From the NCBI RefSeq assembly GCF_000143415.4, contig NW_003314344.1, forward strand, positions 1 to 46,073: a stretch of 46,073 bases of DNA, written 5' to 3'. Source of the stretch: Selaginella moellendorffii. Its lineage: Eukaryota > Plantae > Lycopodiophyta. Positions 11,470 to 24,108 of this stretch are shown piece by piece. A program made the position numbers and the translations under genes. Position 1 is the first letter of the stretch, and every line of letters starts with the position of its first letter. The notes beneath the pieces are model-generated. The model did no database searches and had not been told where the DNA came from. It was given only the letters and a program-made list of their open reading frames with translations.

Positions 11470-14350
11470 TTGATAGTGGCATGGATGCAAATAGTGAGAT
11501 GGTGAAAAAGAACTATGTTGATGATGCTGAAACCTCTAGACAAGCAAATTAAAAGGAGGAACTCTTGCTAGAGATGTTGTGAAAGAGCTAAAGTTAAGTT
11601 AGAAGAGGAAGAGTCTGATGCTACAGTACTATAGCATATGGCTCAAGAAGGTGAGATCAAGAATTTGCAAAAGGAAGTTTGCAAAATGAAGGAGAATAAA
11701 AAAAGGAAGAAAAAAGCTAAGGCAGCTAAATCAGCGAAATCTAAGCAACTAGATTCTTTTTCAAGTTCTGAGGAATGAATTTTGCAACCACCCTTAGTTG
11801 CACGAGTTTCAAAGTTCAAGCCTTTGAAACTGCCCAATTTCAAAGGTATGCGGGATTATCAAGTTTTCGAAGACGAGGTCTACAATATGCAAAATTATTT
11901 TATAGTGGTAGATATGGATGATTATACAAAAGTAGCATGTGTGCAATCCTTTCTCATTGATCATGCCAAAACTTGGTGGCACTAGGTGTGTGCTAAAAAA
12001 GAGCAAACTAAAAGTTGGACCAAATGTGGTCTCATATCCATAAGGAATACTTACTAGATGATTTTGGTCTGAGACTTCACACAGAGTTGCGATGGTTAAA
12101 GTAGTGAGGGGATGTTATACATTACGTTAATGCATTTGCTCAAAAATGTATTATGATTGCAAATATGAGTGATGAAGGTGCTCAAAGTTATTTCTTGGAA
12201 GGTTTAATTTCACTTTCTCATAATAAGATTTTGAAGTTTAAGCCAAAGACATACTTGGAGTGGAGGAGGCAGCATAGCAAGTTGCTTTCAATCACATACT
12301 TATGGAACAATATCAGTAGACAAGAATAAGAACTCTAGGAAAAAACAAGGTGATCGTAAATAGAGGGTGAAAGGAAGGTTCCACTCTAGAGGTTCACAAG
12401 CAATGGTTAATAAAAGTGGTACTGGGTACAAGCAATAGTAACTTACAAAGCCTACTCCTAGCAGAATAGGTAGTGTGGGTTATTATTTCCATTATAGAGA
12501 GGTACATAGGTCTTCGAAATGTCCTAACAAGCATAAGACAAGGTTTTATGTTAATATTATGAAGGAAGACGGTGGTGGTGAAGTTGAAAGGGTTAACAAG
12601 TTAGTTAATGCAGACTATGAGGAAGAAAAAGTGAGTTACTTTCATTACTTTCCTCAAGCTTTCTCTCAATCAATACAAATAATAATCCATTGATGTATTT
12701 GGTAGGCTTTGTCCACAAACACCAAATCTGAGTGATGATTGACTTGGAGGTACACACAATGTGATATCTAAAGATATAATAGAGTTTTTAGGATTGAAAA
12801 CTGAGCAAATGGTGCCCATACACTTCCAGTTTATGAAAGATGGGCAAGTTTCCAAAAGGTTTGTGAGTGATGTTCCAATAAAAATATCCAAGTGGAAAGA
12901 AAGAGTGGACTTGGTAGTGTTGAAGATACCAGATTTTCAGATGGTGTTTGGTATGGACTTCTTCAACAAATATATTAAAGGGATTTATGGTGCTAGACAA
13001 AGTCACATCACGTTGAGATTGGAAGGACGTCCTAATGTGTCCTTTTAGTTGCAAAAGCACTCCTCAAAAGATTGGGATGCTAAGTTCTTGACTACAAAAG
13101 CCATTCAAAAAGCAGCTATGAGGAAGTTGATGGTGATGGTGACTTAGTTCAATCAATATGTACCAAAGGAGATATTAGAGTTGTTAGGTGGAATTAAGAT
13201 ATCTTTCTAAAGGATTGCCATCAAAGTTACCTCTTAGCCGTGAGGTTGATCATTCAATTAAGATTGTTTTGGGCTCTAAACCACCTACGAAAGCTCCATA
13301 TCATTTGAATATCAAGGAGTTGGCTAAACTCAAGAAGAAACTCATAGAGTTTCTTGACAAATGTTATATCTGACCAAGCAAGTCACTTTATGGAGCGCTG
13401 GTCCTTTTTGTTATGAAAAAGAATGGTACCATGAGGATATGCATCAATTATCGGGAGAACAAATATCTGATATAGTGGTTAGGACTTCCCAAGACTTCAC
13501 CACTTGGATCCACCTCAATTATGCCACCACCAACTATATGTCCCAGAAAGTTCATGTGCAATTCTCCAAAAGCATATTTACTTTATTTAGCATACAATTT
13601 GTGTTCATGCAACTTTTGAAACACCAGCTCCAAGTGTTTCAAATGATTCTCTAACATTTCACTAAAGACTAGAATATTGTCAATATAGAGGACAATAAAT
13701 ATGTCTAAATAATCTCCAAATATTCTATCCATCATTGTGTTGAATGTTGCTAGAGCATTATATAACCCAAACAGCATGACAAGGAACTTATAAAATCTGT
13801 ACCAAGTCCTAAAGGTTGTCTTCTCCACATCCTAATTTGCCACTCATATTTAATGATACCCATACCGCAATTCAAGTCATATAAAATATTTAGCCTTTAA
13901 GAGTTTGTCAAACAAGTTATCAATGCGAGGTAAAAGATAATTATTTTTGACTGTGATTTTGTTGAGAATTTCTTCGTTTGATGGGATACTATCACAAATT
14001 TGTTTGCAATTTTGCAAAAATTGCTCTTCCATTAATTGAGTTAACAAAGAGTAGTATATTGTTTCATTAGACACTAACTTCTTAGCGTACTTTTGTACGG
14101 TTGAAGAAAATTTTAACTACGGTTTCTATTCTTAGGATCCCAAATCTTTATAAACCCTTTGAAATGCATTGTGATGCATTTGGCTATGCTGTAGGTGCTG
14201 TGTTATAGCAAGATTGTGATAATGCAATTGGTGTTATGCTAAGGCAACACGGTTATCCCATTGTGTTATATTCTAAAAAATTGGATGAAACCCAATGAAG
14301 ATATTCAATACACGAGAAAGAGATGTTTGTTATAGTGTTGGCATTTATAG
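11470..14350 (+). mobile_element. Decayed Ty3/gypsy gag-pol with an internally inverted RT segment (~13455-13965)
   Basis: Gag KLPNFKG...AKTWW; protease VFGMDFF; RT on the minus strand (MLFGLYNALATF, VLYIDNIL); RNase H PFEMHCDAFGYAVG on the plus strand. Confidence 0.85.
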
Positions 14351-14509
14351 TGCACCCTATCTCTCTCCCTTTAAATCAATTGGAAAAAGGGCAATTTCTT
14401 GATAAAAGAGCCCTTAGTGGCTATTTTATCCCCATTTATCCCCCAAGGTTCCAAGGATCCACTTTGATAGTATATCCAAATCTTATCCTATAATCACATG
14501 CGCTACACT

Positions 14510-14609
14510 NNNNNNNNNNNNNNNNNNNNNNNNNNNNNNNNNNNNNNNNNNNNNNNNNNNNNNNNNNNNNNNNNNNNNNNNNNNNNNNNNNNNNNNNNNN
14601 NNNNNNNNN
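14510..14609. other. Assembly gap (100 N)
   Basis: Run of N. Confidence 1.
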
Positions 14610-14766
14610 CAATATCCTCATTAATTATTGATTAATAACCCCTATTAAGCCAAGGGGAACCAACACCTCTATTTCTATATTAAATCTACCAATCCTTCCA
14701 TTGTGTACATTAGCTATTTCATGTGAGATAACTAATTATCCACCTATATCGTAGTCTCACAATGGA

Positions 14767-14825
14767 GCGTGGACCATACTTGAGCTCACGAGCTGAAGAG
14801 TTGAGCTCACGAGTTGAGCTCAATT
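14767..14825 (+). repeat. Left TIR of copy B
   Basis: GCGTGGACCATACTTGAGCTCACGAGCTGAAGAGTTGAGCTCACGAGTTGAGCTCAATT. Confidence 0.85.
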
Positions 14826-15407
14826 TTCAATTGTAATTTAGTACAAACATTATAAACTTTAAAATTTTAAAGTTATGGCGAACTTAATAATTTCATAACT
14901 CTCTATATATTATATAGATAAAAATGTTCTAAAGGACACTTCTTGTTCTAATAATTTAAATATTTACTACATGCAATAATAGAGACGTTTGTTAGAATAT
15001 AAAATAAAATGTTTGCAAAAAGAGTATTCTTGTCACTTCTTTAAATTTGTACTCTGTGCTTTCTAGCTAGTAAATGTCAGGTTCATCAGAATTTTTAAAT
15101 TATTAAATTTGAATTAAGATTCTATATAAGGCCATATAACCATTTGAAAGGAAAAAAAAAAACTGTGATGGTACATATGCTCTCACAATACATTGTAACA
15201 TCATACACCCGAAAGACTATCACAAAATATTTTTTGAGAAGGTAAAGACAAAAATGGAGACTCATAAATACTATGGGTAGTATTGCGAAAAGAACCTTAC
15301 AAGTATATGAAATGAAAAGTGAAATAATAAAATATTTTTATTAATTATATAAGGTATAATTAGTTTATATTATTGATAGAGAATAAACATCGATAGTGCT
15401 GGAAAAT

Positions 15408-18400
15408 CTAATTAGCTCCAAAAGTTTTCTGCAACTCAGCAATAGTAAGGCTTGCTTGGTGTATATGAATATCCACTTTAGGATCCTGGTGCAAGATGTT
15501 GATGAAGATGTAGTACATATGCTTGCAAGGAGCATATGCCTTCCCATGTTCCTCGCGCTTTGTAAAGTCTGGACATGTGCAAGAAGGAAAGTCTTGAATG
15601 GCAATTGTGTACTCTCCACCTTCTGTTTTGACTGTGTACTCCTTTGCAAGCGCAGTGATGTACTTCGTGGAGAGAATCTCACACTCAAATGTTTGAGCCA
15701 AGTTTATTTTACCTTGCTTCTGCTTGGAGACGGTACCAATAAATTTAACTGCCTTACCTTTTCGTGCTGGCCTCCTGTGCATCTCTGTAGGAATAGTTCT
15801 GGTTCTGTCACTCATATCTCCAACTCTCCTCTCAAGATTGAAACCAGATTTCTCAAGGTTTTCAATCTCATCCGAGGTGAGCGCAACCCTATTAGCAACC
15901 GGCCATTCTTTAGGTACTGCATCAGGTTTAGTCACTATAGTGTCTTCAAGCCACTTTGTATGGTTGACATCAGAGTTGCAGCAATATAACCAACACCATC
16001 TTGAAAATCCTGCTTGCTTTCGTTCCCCATGGAAACATGGGGCTGGAACAGAAGCAGACTTATCACCACGGATCCAAGCCCAACACTTGCCCCTTGGAAG
16101 CATCCCCACACACCTTACATTTGATTTCGCTGGCACTCAACGGATTGCCCATTGCTTCGGCTCCACACTACGATAAGCAATTTCAACTTGCTGTGATGCA
16201 CTTTCTTCATCAGCCACTTGAGGTGGTTCGGTTCTGGGGCGATGTCTTGGAGCAGAATGATACTTAACATCAGGCCTGTGAGAGCTTTTTGCTCCAAGAT
16301 CCGTGCCAACATCTTCACCAGCAAAAGAAAATCGACGCTTTGAGTGGACGGTCTTCATATCACCAATAGAAGCCCGAGGAGTGTACTCCATAGATGTGCC
16401 ACGGACCACTTCCTCCACTGCAGTTGCCATTGTTCGTGCTGGTGGAGTCACTTTCTTCTTCATCCAATCGTGTAACATCTCAACCGAAGGTCCTGTTCCC
16501 ATGTATCTTCCTTCCTCAAATGTCAAAGCTTTTGAAGACTACTCTATAGTGCGTATCAAATCTGATAGACATGCTTCATATAGACTCATCTTCCCTTTCC
16601 CTGCCTCAGAGGAACGCCAGCTCCAATGTTTACTCTCTGAGAGATTCACAGTTGGGGTGTATGCAAGATCCTCAAGTGGTTGATCCTTATAAAAAGATGA
16701 TATTAAAAAGCAATAAAAAGAGAGGAAAAAAAGAAAAACCAACCTAAAAAGAGTGATGTCCCCATTGGAATATTTTAACTTCCCACCACCCCAACCACGA
16801 CTCAAGTTGTGGTAGACAACTTACGTCAGTATGGCCATCTTCACGCCACCACATTCGAATCTCGTTTGCTTTTGCCTCATGCTCTTCTTCAGAAGGTGCA
16901 GCTTGCCATTGTTTGCACAACTCCTTAAATGCTAATTGGAAATCTGGCTTGATAAGGTGGCAGTGTTGGTTTAGGCTCTGAGCCCAATGGAACTCACATG
17001 TCCTCTTACGACCTTCTAGGGGTAGACCATTCCCAAAGACTGCCCGGACACCATTCCAATTAGCCCCAGCCCCATCTGCCATGAAACCACGAAAGTTGGC
17101 AGGCTTACTAGTCCGCTTCAATACAATGTCGGAGAGGGACTTCCAAAATATTTCTTGAGCCATCTGGTCTTGTACTTTAAACTCTGTTGTTGCAATTGTC
17201 AAGTTACAACATAGCCTGTGAAAAGTGCAATGTTTAAAACCATTTTAAGATAATGAGAAAAAAAACTACCTTGGATCATACACATGAGCTCCCATGGTTG
17301 TCCAACCTGCCACCCGCTCCATATGGTCAAAATGTACCCATGCATTAGCAAGGTCACTCGACCCAGACATATCCATTCGGGAAACAAGATCCACACCAGA
17401 GGCAGGGCCCATGGTAGACATTTTGAAAACGAAGGGGCGCTCTTGCTCACTAACGACTTGATCTGGAAATAAACTCCCATGGATAAACTCATAGGGACAA
17501 GTCCGTTTTAGTTCAAGGATTGAGTCGATTTTTTATTGGAGTTTCCCCTCTCGAGATTCACACATCCAAGACTTTATCCTAAATAAAACAAAATGTAAGA
17601 GAGATATTATTGAAAAGTATGTAATAATATTTTCATACCTTCTAAGGCTAGTTGCAGGTTGCACATGTCGTAGTAACTCCCGCAAGCTAGCCTCATCCAA
17701 TTGAGTATTCTTGTAGTCCGGATCAAGTAAAGTATTTGCGATAAAATCCTTGAGCACTGTCTTCTGAACATGCTTCGGAGTTGCAGATGAGTTTCTCACA
17801 GTCTCTATCTGCACTGCATCTTTGAAATGGTTGACTGAACTCCTTTGTATCCCTTCCTGCATTGGATGTGTGTGCGTGCCAATATGTACTGCAGCTCTAC
17901 CAACCTCTCCATCCCATGGAAGAAAATAGTACATCTTGGTCTCGCAGATGGCACGACACAATGGAGCATTCTTGCAAAACCGACACTTGAATCCAACACC
18001 AATGGTGTCACAGAGGGGAGGATTGGTTGCAGATCCTTCAAAAAATATGGAGTTTTTACCATGCTCTTGATTGCATACTTTATTCACACAATCCAAATAC
18101 CTACCACAATGAACCATGGACATTGTGCTTTCAAAATGCTGGAAATGTGTGGTCTTGATCTTGCACCAGTTATGGACATCCTGCTTCGTCTCCATCCCCT
18201 TTCGTTTTGAGCTGACAAGAGGTGGTAGTTCAAATAAGATATTGCCATTGTATGTAGATGGGAGCTTGCTAACGAGCCTATGCAGAAAGGAACGCACGTC
18301 GATAGAGAGGCGGGAAAACTGAAAAGCATTGCAAACAGCTTGGAATATCAGTGAAGTTGGAGTTTGGAAATTCTTGGCTCGCACTGGACTAACATCTCCA

Positions 18401-18732
18401 CTAGAACTAGAAGAGGAAGAAATGATGACAACCGACTCTTGCTTCACATTCACTTTAGCAGGATCACAGCCTCGCACTTTGATTGGAGATCCAAAAACTC
18501 GAATCTCTTTCGACTTGGAATGTTGCAAATCCCAATGTTATCCACCTTCACCTACACCCGAAAGAAAAAACTCCAATCGTTCAACTACACCAATGTTGTT
18601 GCGAATCACAGCTTCCAATGGAATAGAACCGAGAGAAAGATCGAAACGTCGGCAAAGTAAACTTTCTGAAATAAGACTCTGGGAGATAGAAAGCGGTGGG
18701 TGATCTTGGTAATGCAAAAGGAAGCCCTCCAT
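15408..18732 (-). pseudogene. MULE-like DDE transposase (4 exons; GCM/WRKY-like Zn domain, DDE with CxxH, Cys-rich domain, SWIM) with 5 in-frame stops
   Basis: Introns at 17579-17638, 17216-17269 and 16686-16743. Motifs HFDHM, FMADGAGANW, CEFHW, NLSES and CTCPDF...CKH. Stops at 18538, 17533, 16744, 16539 and 16137; no frameshift seen. Confidence 0.88.
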
Positions 18733-19456
18733 TTTGTTGCCTTTAGGTTTTGGAACTCTGAACTTTTATAACGAAATGTCACCTCACATGTGCTATGCCA
18801 TTATGTGAAAAGATAGGGCGATTTTATTCTAGGATTTAACATCGAATAATGTTGTTATAATAAATTCTGTATGAAGTATATAGGACTATGTTGTACAATA
18901 TTAAAAGTCTATATACATTGAATTCAAAAACATACTCAAATTTATTATATGCACTAACTTTTGGTAGAACGGAAAGAAATATCACGTCAAGCATGTGCCA
19001 TAATATGAAAGATAGGAATGATTTTATTCTAGGATCTACCATCAACCAATTGTTGCCAAATAAATTAAATATTGTACATATTTTCAGTACTTCATTAAAG
19101 CTAGAAATCATCACATTCTTCTGAACTCATTTAAATATATTCCATCTTTGTACTACCATCTATCACCTATAGTAAATTATCTATATACATTACTTTGGAA
19201 ATAACACCTTACGATTTAATAATCTTATATTTTCTAACAATTTCGTACTGTGATCAATTCAACACATGTGTCTGTGACATTATTTCACATTATGACATAG
19301 TCATATTAGAGCACACCTCCATTATTAAATTACAATTCAAAAGGACTTTGTCACGTGATCAAATCTAGGGCGGAATAGAAATTGTACAGTGCTAGATTTA
19401 TTATTTATTGTATAGTGAAGATTTACTGCATCCATGATGAACGGCTGTGATAAAAG

Positions 19457-19495
19457 TTAGGTTAGGGTTAGGGCAGCTGCCGGCGTTAGGGTTTT
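19457..19495 (-). promoter_or_regulatory. Telo-box-like motifs (AAACCCTAA / TTAGGG repeats)
   Basis: GTTAGGTTAGGGTTAGGG and GTTAGGGTTTT at the AT-rich/GC-rich boundary upstream of the transposase. Confidence 0.4.
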
Positions 19496-19604
19496 ACAGA
19501 AAGTATCGCGGGAGATTGAGAGTGACTGCGGGAACAGAATGCCGCCAAGAGTAAGTTTTTCCTCCTCCTCCACTCCCTCTCCTCCACTCCCTCTCCTCCC
19601 CGCC

Positions 19605-19975
19605 CAGCGCCGCCGCACCCAACGCCCCCGCGCCCACGCCATGCCCAGCGCCGCCACGCTGCGCACACCACGCCATGCTCAGCACCGGCACTGCCCAGGG
19701 CTGCCGAGCGCCGCCCACTGCCATGCCACGCCCAGCGCAGTGCTGCCTGCCCAGCACCGCCACTGCCATGCCGCCGCTGCCGTGCCGCCACTGCCCAACA
19801 CCGCCGCTGCCATGCCGCCGCTGCCCAGCACCGCCACTGCCATGCCGCTGCTGCTGTGCCGCCGCTGCCCAGCACCGCCACTGCCATACCGCCGCTGCCG
19901 TGCCGACGCCACGCCACGCCAGCGCCGCGCTGCCTAGGGCCACTGCTGCCCAGCACCGCCGCTGCCAAGTGCCCA
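19605..19975. repeat. GC-rich minisatellite (~30-bp GCCGCCGCTGCCCAGCACCGCCACTGCCAT-like units)
   Basis: Repeated CCCAGCACCGCCACTGCCATGCCGCCGCTG units between the divergent genes. Confidence 0.9.
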
Positions 19976-20090
19976 GGCCGGGCATTTGGCTGGGCACTCC
20001 GCCTGGGCCGGCCAAGTCCACGCAGGCTGGCCAAGGCGCTTGGCTGGCAAAGGCGCCAAGTGCTTGCGCCAAATGCCCACGCTAGGCATT

Positions 20091-20173
20091 TGGTGCGAGC
20101 CAGCTAAGTCCAAGCGCCAAGGCCAACAGCCCGCGAGCCGGCCTTGGCGCTTGGACTTAGCTGGCTCGCACCA
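20091..20173. repeat. Perfect 34-bp inverted repeat with a 15-nt loop
   Basis: 20091-20124 TGGTGCGAGCCAGCTAAGTCCAAGCGCCAAGGCC versus 20140-20173. Confidence 0.95.
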
Positions 20174-20178
20174 TATGC

Positions 20179-20508
20179 NNNNNNNNNNNNNNNNNNNNNN
20201 NNNNNNNNNNNNNNNNNNNNNNNNNNNNNNNNNNNNNNNNNNNNNNNNNNNNNNNNNNNNNNNNNNNNNNNNNNNNNNNNNNNNNNNNNNNNNNNNNNNN
20301 NNNNNNNNNNNNNNNNNNNNNNNNNNNNNNNNNNNNNNNNNNNNNNNNNNNNNNNNNNNNNNNNNNNNNNNNNNNNNNNNNNNNNNNNNNNNNNNNNNNN
20401 NNNNNNNNNNNNNNNNNNNNNNNNNNNNNNNNNNNNNNNNNNNNNNNNNNNNNNNNNNNNNNNNNNNNNNNNNNNNNNNNNNNNNNNNNNNNNNNNNNNN
20501 NNNNNNNN
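20179..20508. other. Assembly gap (330 N)
   Basis: Run of N. Confidence 1.
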
Positions 20509-20558
20509 CCCCTCTTCTTATGCATTTATAATTTATAATGAGTTTTTTTAATTTTCAG

Positions 20559-23500
20559 AAATGGAAGGAACTGCAAAAGGAGAAGGATGTTGGATTAAAG
20601 AGAAGACATGAGGAAGATGAGATCCAGGATGACAATCAAGTTGACCTTCAGATAGAGATTTCCACAGCGACAACTCTACCGTCTTCCCAACCACATAGCT
20701 CCAGTCCACATGCACCCCCACCACCGCCATCGATGCCACCACCACCATTACCACCGCCACCACCGCCACCACCATTACCACCACCGCCACCGCCACCTTC
20801 ATCACCACCATTACCACCACCGTCATCACCACCATTACCACCACCACCATCATCACCACCATTACCACCACCACCGCCACCATCATCACCACCACCAGCA
20901 CAACCATTGTCATCACCACCACCAGCGTAACCATTGTTATCACTACCATTACTGCCACAACCACAAATGCCACTACTCTTAACATATTCACAAAATATGG
21001 CAGAAACGGAGTAGTGCCCAAGTGTGCCTGATGGCGGTGTTGGGCCCGAGTCGGGGGATAGATCTGATAATGGTGCTACTGGAGGTGTAGCTGAAGCTGA
21101 AAGAGAAGTGGAGCTACCTGAACACATTGTCGACAAGTGCTTCCAAGAGACAGTTTTGAGAACTAAAGAGAAGGCCATTCACACGACTCTGGAGTCTCTC
21201 AAATGGGAAGGCCCAAGGCACATGATCCGAGAAATCCCACTATGTCGATTCACTCAGACAAGCATCGTTCGGTCTGCTTCACCGCACTTCGTCAACATGG
21301 ACATCTATAGTCTGTACAAACAGAATGACCTTGGGACAAACATAGGTATGTTCCTTGTTTCGGTTTTCAAGCCAGGAACGACAAATACCCTCTCGGTGTC
21401 ACCGGAAATCGAGAGGGATTGGGATGACATTTGGAAAATGAAGTCCCGCGAATTTGACAACAACCTTATGAGCCATCCTGAGACTCAACAATTTGTGGGG
21501 AAAATGTTCTACATTATCGACGGGAATCATCGCTGGTGCGCGTGGATGAAGTGCATCCGAGAATGCTTCCGAGACGATCTTGTCTATCACATCAATGTTC
21601 CGGTTGGACATGTACACGCGAGAGGATCTCTAGATTTGGCAAGGCTTGTGATAGCTTGCCACAAAATTAATGCGTAAGTACCTCTCCTTCTTCAATCACT
21701 TTTAACAATTTATGTTTTGCAGACTGGGACAGTTTGCAGTGCAGAAACAAAGCCTAGTACATGATATGGAGCAGATCCGGTTTCTTGCCAATCTCGACGA
21801 GGATGCAGTCCGCAGCCACTATGGTGATGATTTAGCATCACTTATTCGACATCAACGAGGTCGTCAGGATGCCAATAGATGGTACAAGAATCCAGTGGCT
21901 TTTATGACAGCTGTGTGGAGTAAAGTATGTTCTTTTAAGTATACTTCTTATCATAGAATGTTTGTGTTGTCTTCAGCCATTGGTGAAGGTTAAGCAAGAT
22001 GCATATGCACAGTCGCATCGAGCTGAAAATGATCAAGAACTCTTAGAGCATTTAGTTGCAATTGACAAGAAAATCAACAGCACAAAGAAGACAAAGGTAA
22101 AGAAATTACTTAGTGTGGCTGACCCTCGACGCCCAAAGGAGTGGTTCGATATTATAACAGAGATTGCTTGTCATGAAAGTAAGTATTGTTTATATTTACA
22201 TGAAGGTTCTCACAAAAGTTATTTTTTAGTGGGCAAGACTCCAAATGAGATTATTTACAACATCTCAAAGTCAAAGCTTACATATGAGGAACAGATACAC
22301 ATTCTAAATGACCTCAATAGCAGACTCAGGGAAGGAGAAAAAGGTTTGGACAGTATGATGGAGACTGTGATGAGGAGGACCGTCTACATTTCACAAACTG
22401 TATATGAAGGGGAGATGTTTCTAGCACCTTTCATAGGGGATGATCCTGAGCAACTTCCATTTAAGGACTTCGTCACCATTGAGCTTACAAAACTTGGAGA
22501 GGACTGGCTGCCAAAGAAGGCCACAAGCACGACTCCATTTGAGAAACAGCTTGGCCAACCTTACTTCATGCGTCAAGCGGTTTTCAAGTAACATACAATT
22601 TCTCAATTATACTCAATTGTTTATATTCTATTATAGGTATCTCCAATATAGAAGCGTTCCTCTCGAAACACCAGTATGCACACGCCTCTTGAGGCATGGT
22701 GTGAGAGATGGAGGCATGTACCCGACAACAATGAAGTTTCCAGCAGCAATAAAGCGCGCTTGTCCTTGGGAATTGGAGATGCCAGATTATGAACCAACCC
22801 ACCATGAGGCTGCAAGAGGCAACAATGATGACGAAGATGATGGCCATGAGAATGTCGACCCTGTTGGTGCCAATGGCGAGCAGAGTGAAGATGGCGGTGA
22901 GAACGAGATTCTTCGAGACGAAGTCGAGCAAGAGAACCAGAACGTCCAAGAAGTTCTACCTCGACGAAAGCGAGCAAATCCACATCTGGAGGAATTAGTC
23001 AATAGTGATGATGATCGTCCAAAACGTCCCCATAACCGAGGAACTTCTTGAGGTATATTTCTTTTTATTCTCTCCTTTTCTTAGTTCCTCAAAATGGTTG
23101 CAGCAAAAACTGTCGGGAGTAACTTCATTCCAGCTCGTCTTGATGCTCGAGAAGAGGACTTGGAGGAACTTACATCTACCACATGCCACATGACGGTATG
23201 TAAATTTTTCTTAAGTTCACATCTTATCTTTGTCTTCTCCCCCTAGATTCGCCCTGTATCTCCAGTGGCATTCCATGGTGAAGTTGGGATCTTTATTGGC
23301 TCCTATAGTTCATTGATGGCATCTTTTGAGGAGGATGCTGAAAATATGGCTATCCGGCAAAAGTGGGAGCGCTTTTGTCAGAAGATCCATAGGCGACCGC
23401 TTAAGAGCACAAACTTCATGCTCTTTGATATGCCAGATGGTCTTCCAGACGCTAATGGTGATGTCCCAAGCTGGAACAACCTGACTAAAGACCACTTGAA

Positions 23501-24108
23501 GGATGCATTCCTTTTGGTAGCAATTCTCCTTCACACAACCAGTCAAGTTGCCTTCATTCTCCCGAATGACCCCCATTGGATGTCCTGCCTTATGAGGTAT
23601 GCAAGTCGAGTCAACTTCAAGAGGTTCTCTTCCGGATGCATCATGGATAGTGTTGGGGTCGAGACCAAAGGTGTCCTAGGCATGCCAGAGAAGGTAAGAA
23701 ATCATTTTCTGTTTTGGTTGTCTCTAAAGTTTTATTATTCAGGTTATGATGTGGACCTACCATGTGTTTTGCAGAAAAGAAAATGACGGTTTTCGTGATA
23801 GCGAGCGTGCTGCAAGGGTTTTGCCAGGGTATGACAGCTTTACTGACATCATACCAAATCTCATAGACGACGACATCCGCAACACATTGTCTGGGTATCA
23901 GTTCCGATCTCCATCGGCGATGCATGTCCTACTTGAGCTTTATTGCCCAACTAGAGGTGTTGTCATCGATTGCACAGCAGGTAGTGGTTCGATGGTCGAA
24001 GCAGCACGTGACTCTGGTAGATCGGTGTTTGCGATTGAAGAATATGATTTCTTCAAACGCCGTCTTCGAGGTTTTTGTCCTTCTCTATCAGTTGCTTCTA
24101 GGAGGTAA
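20559..24108 (+). pseudogene. Multi-exon ParB/Srx-like domain plus amino-DNA-methyltransferase-fold fusion gene with a Pro-rich N-terminus
   Basis: Introns 21674-21722, 21925-21976, 22179-22229, 22588-22636, 23053-23103, 23196-23246 and 23694-23742 join the ORFs in frame. Motifs: DGNHRWCA at 21519, FDMPDG at 23424, and FRSPSAMHVLLELYCPTRGVVIDCTAGSGSMVEAARDSGRSVFAIE at ~23900-24040. Stops at 20928, 21012 and 23049. The 5' end may lie in or before the gap. Confidence 0.8.

Noticed and set aside
14355-14509. ~150-bp segment also present at ~36925-37075
   Set aside because: The similarity is real, but no termini or function could be identified and it abuts a gap.
19457-19473. Telomere or interstitial telomeric array
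   Set aside because: Only 2-3 TTAGGG-like units; at most a telo-box.
19457-20551. Many overlapping ORFs rich in Ala/Gly/Arg/Trp or X
   Set aside because: Artefacts of the GC-rich minisatellite and the N gap.
20548-21178. Poly-His, poly-Val and poly-Gly ORFs, or an extensin gene
   Set aside because: Alternative frames of a CCA/CCG repeat; the Pro-rich frame is in frame with the ParB ORF.
15408-24108. U-to-C RNA editing rescuing the TAA/TAG/TGA stops
   Set aside because: That editing is known from plant organelles. Methyl-cytosine deamination in a nuclear TE explains the stops more simply.
21024-24108. Bacterial or phage contamination
   Set aside because: The gene has spliceosomal GT-AG introns and lies within a TIR/TSD-bounded element among plant retrotransposons.
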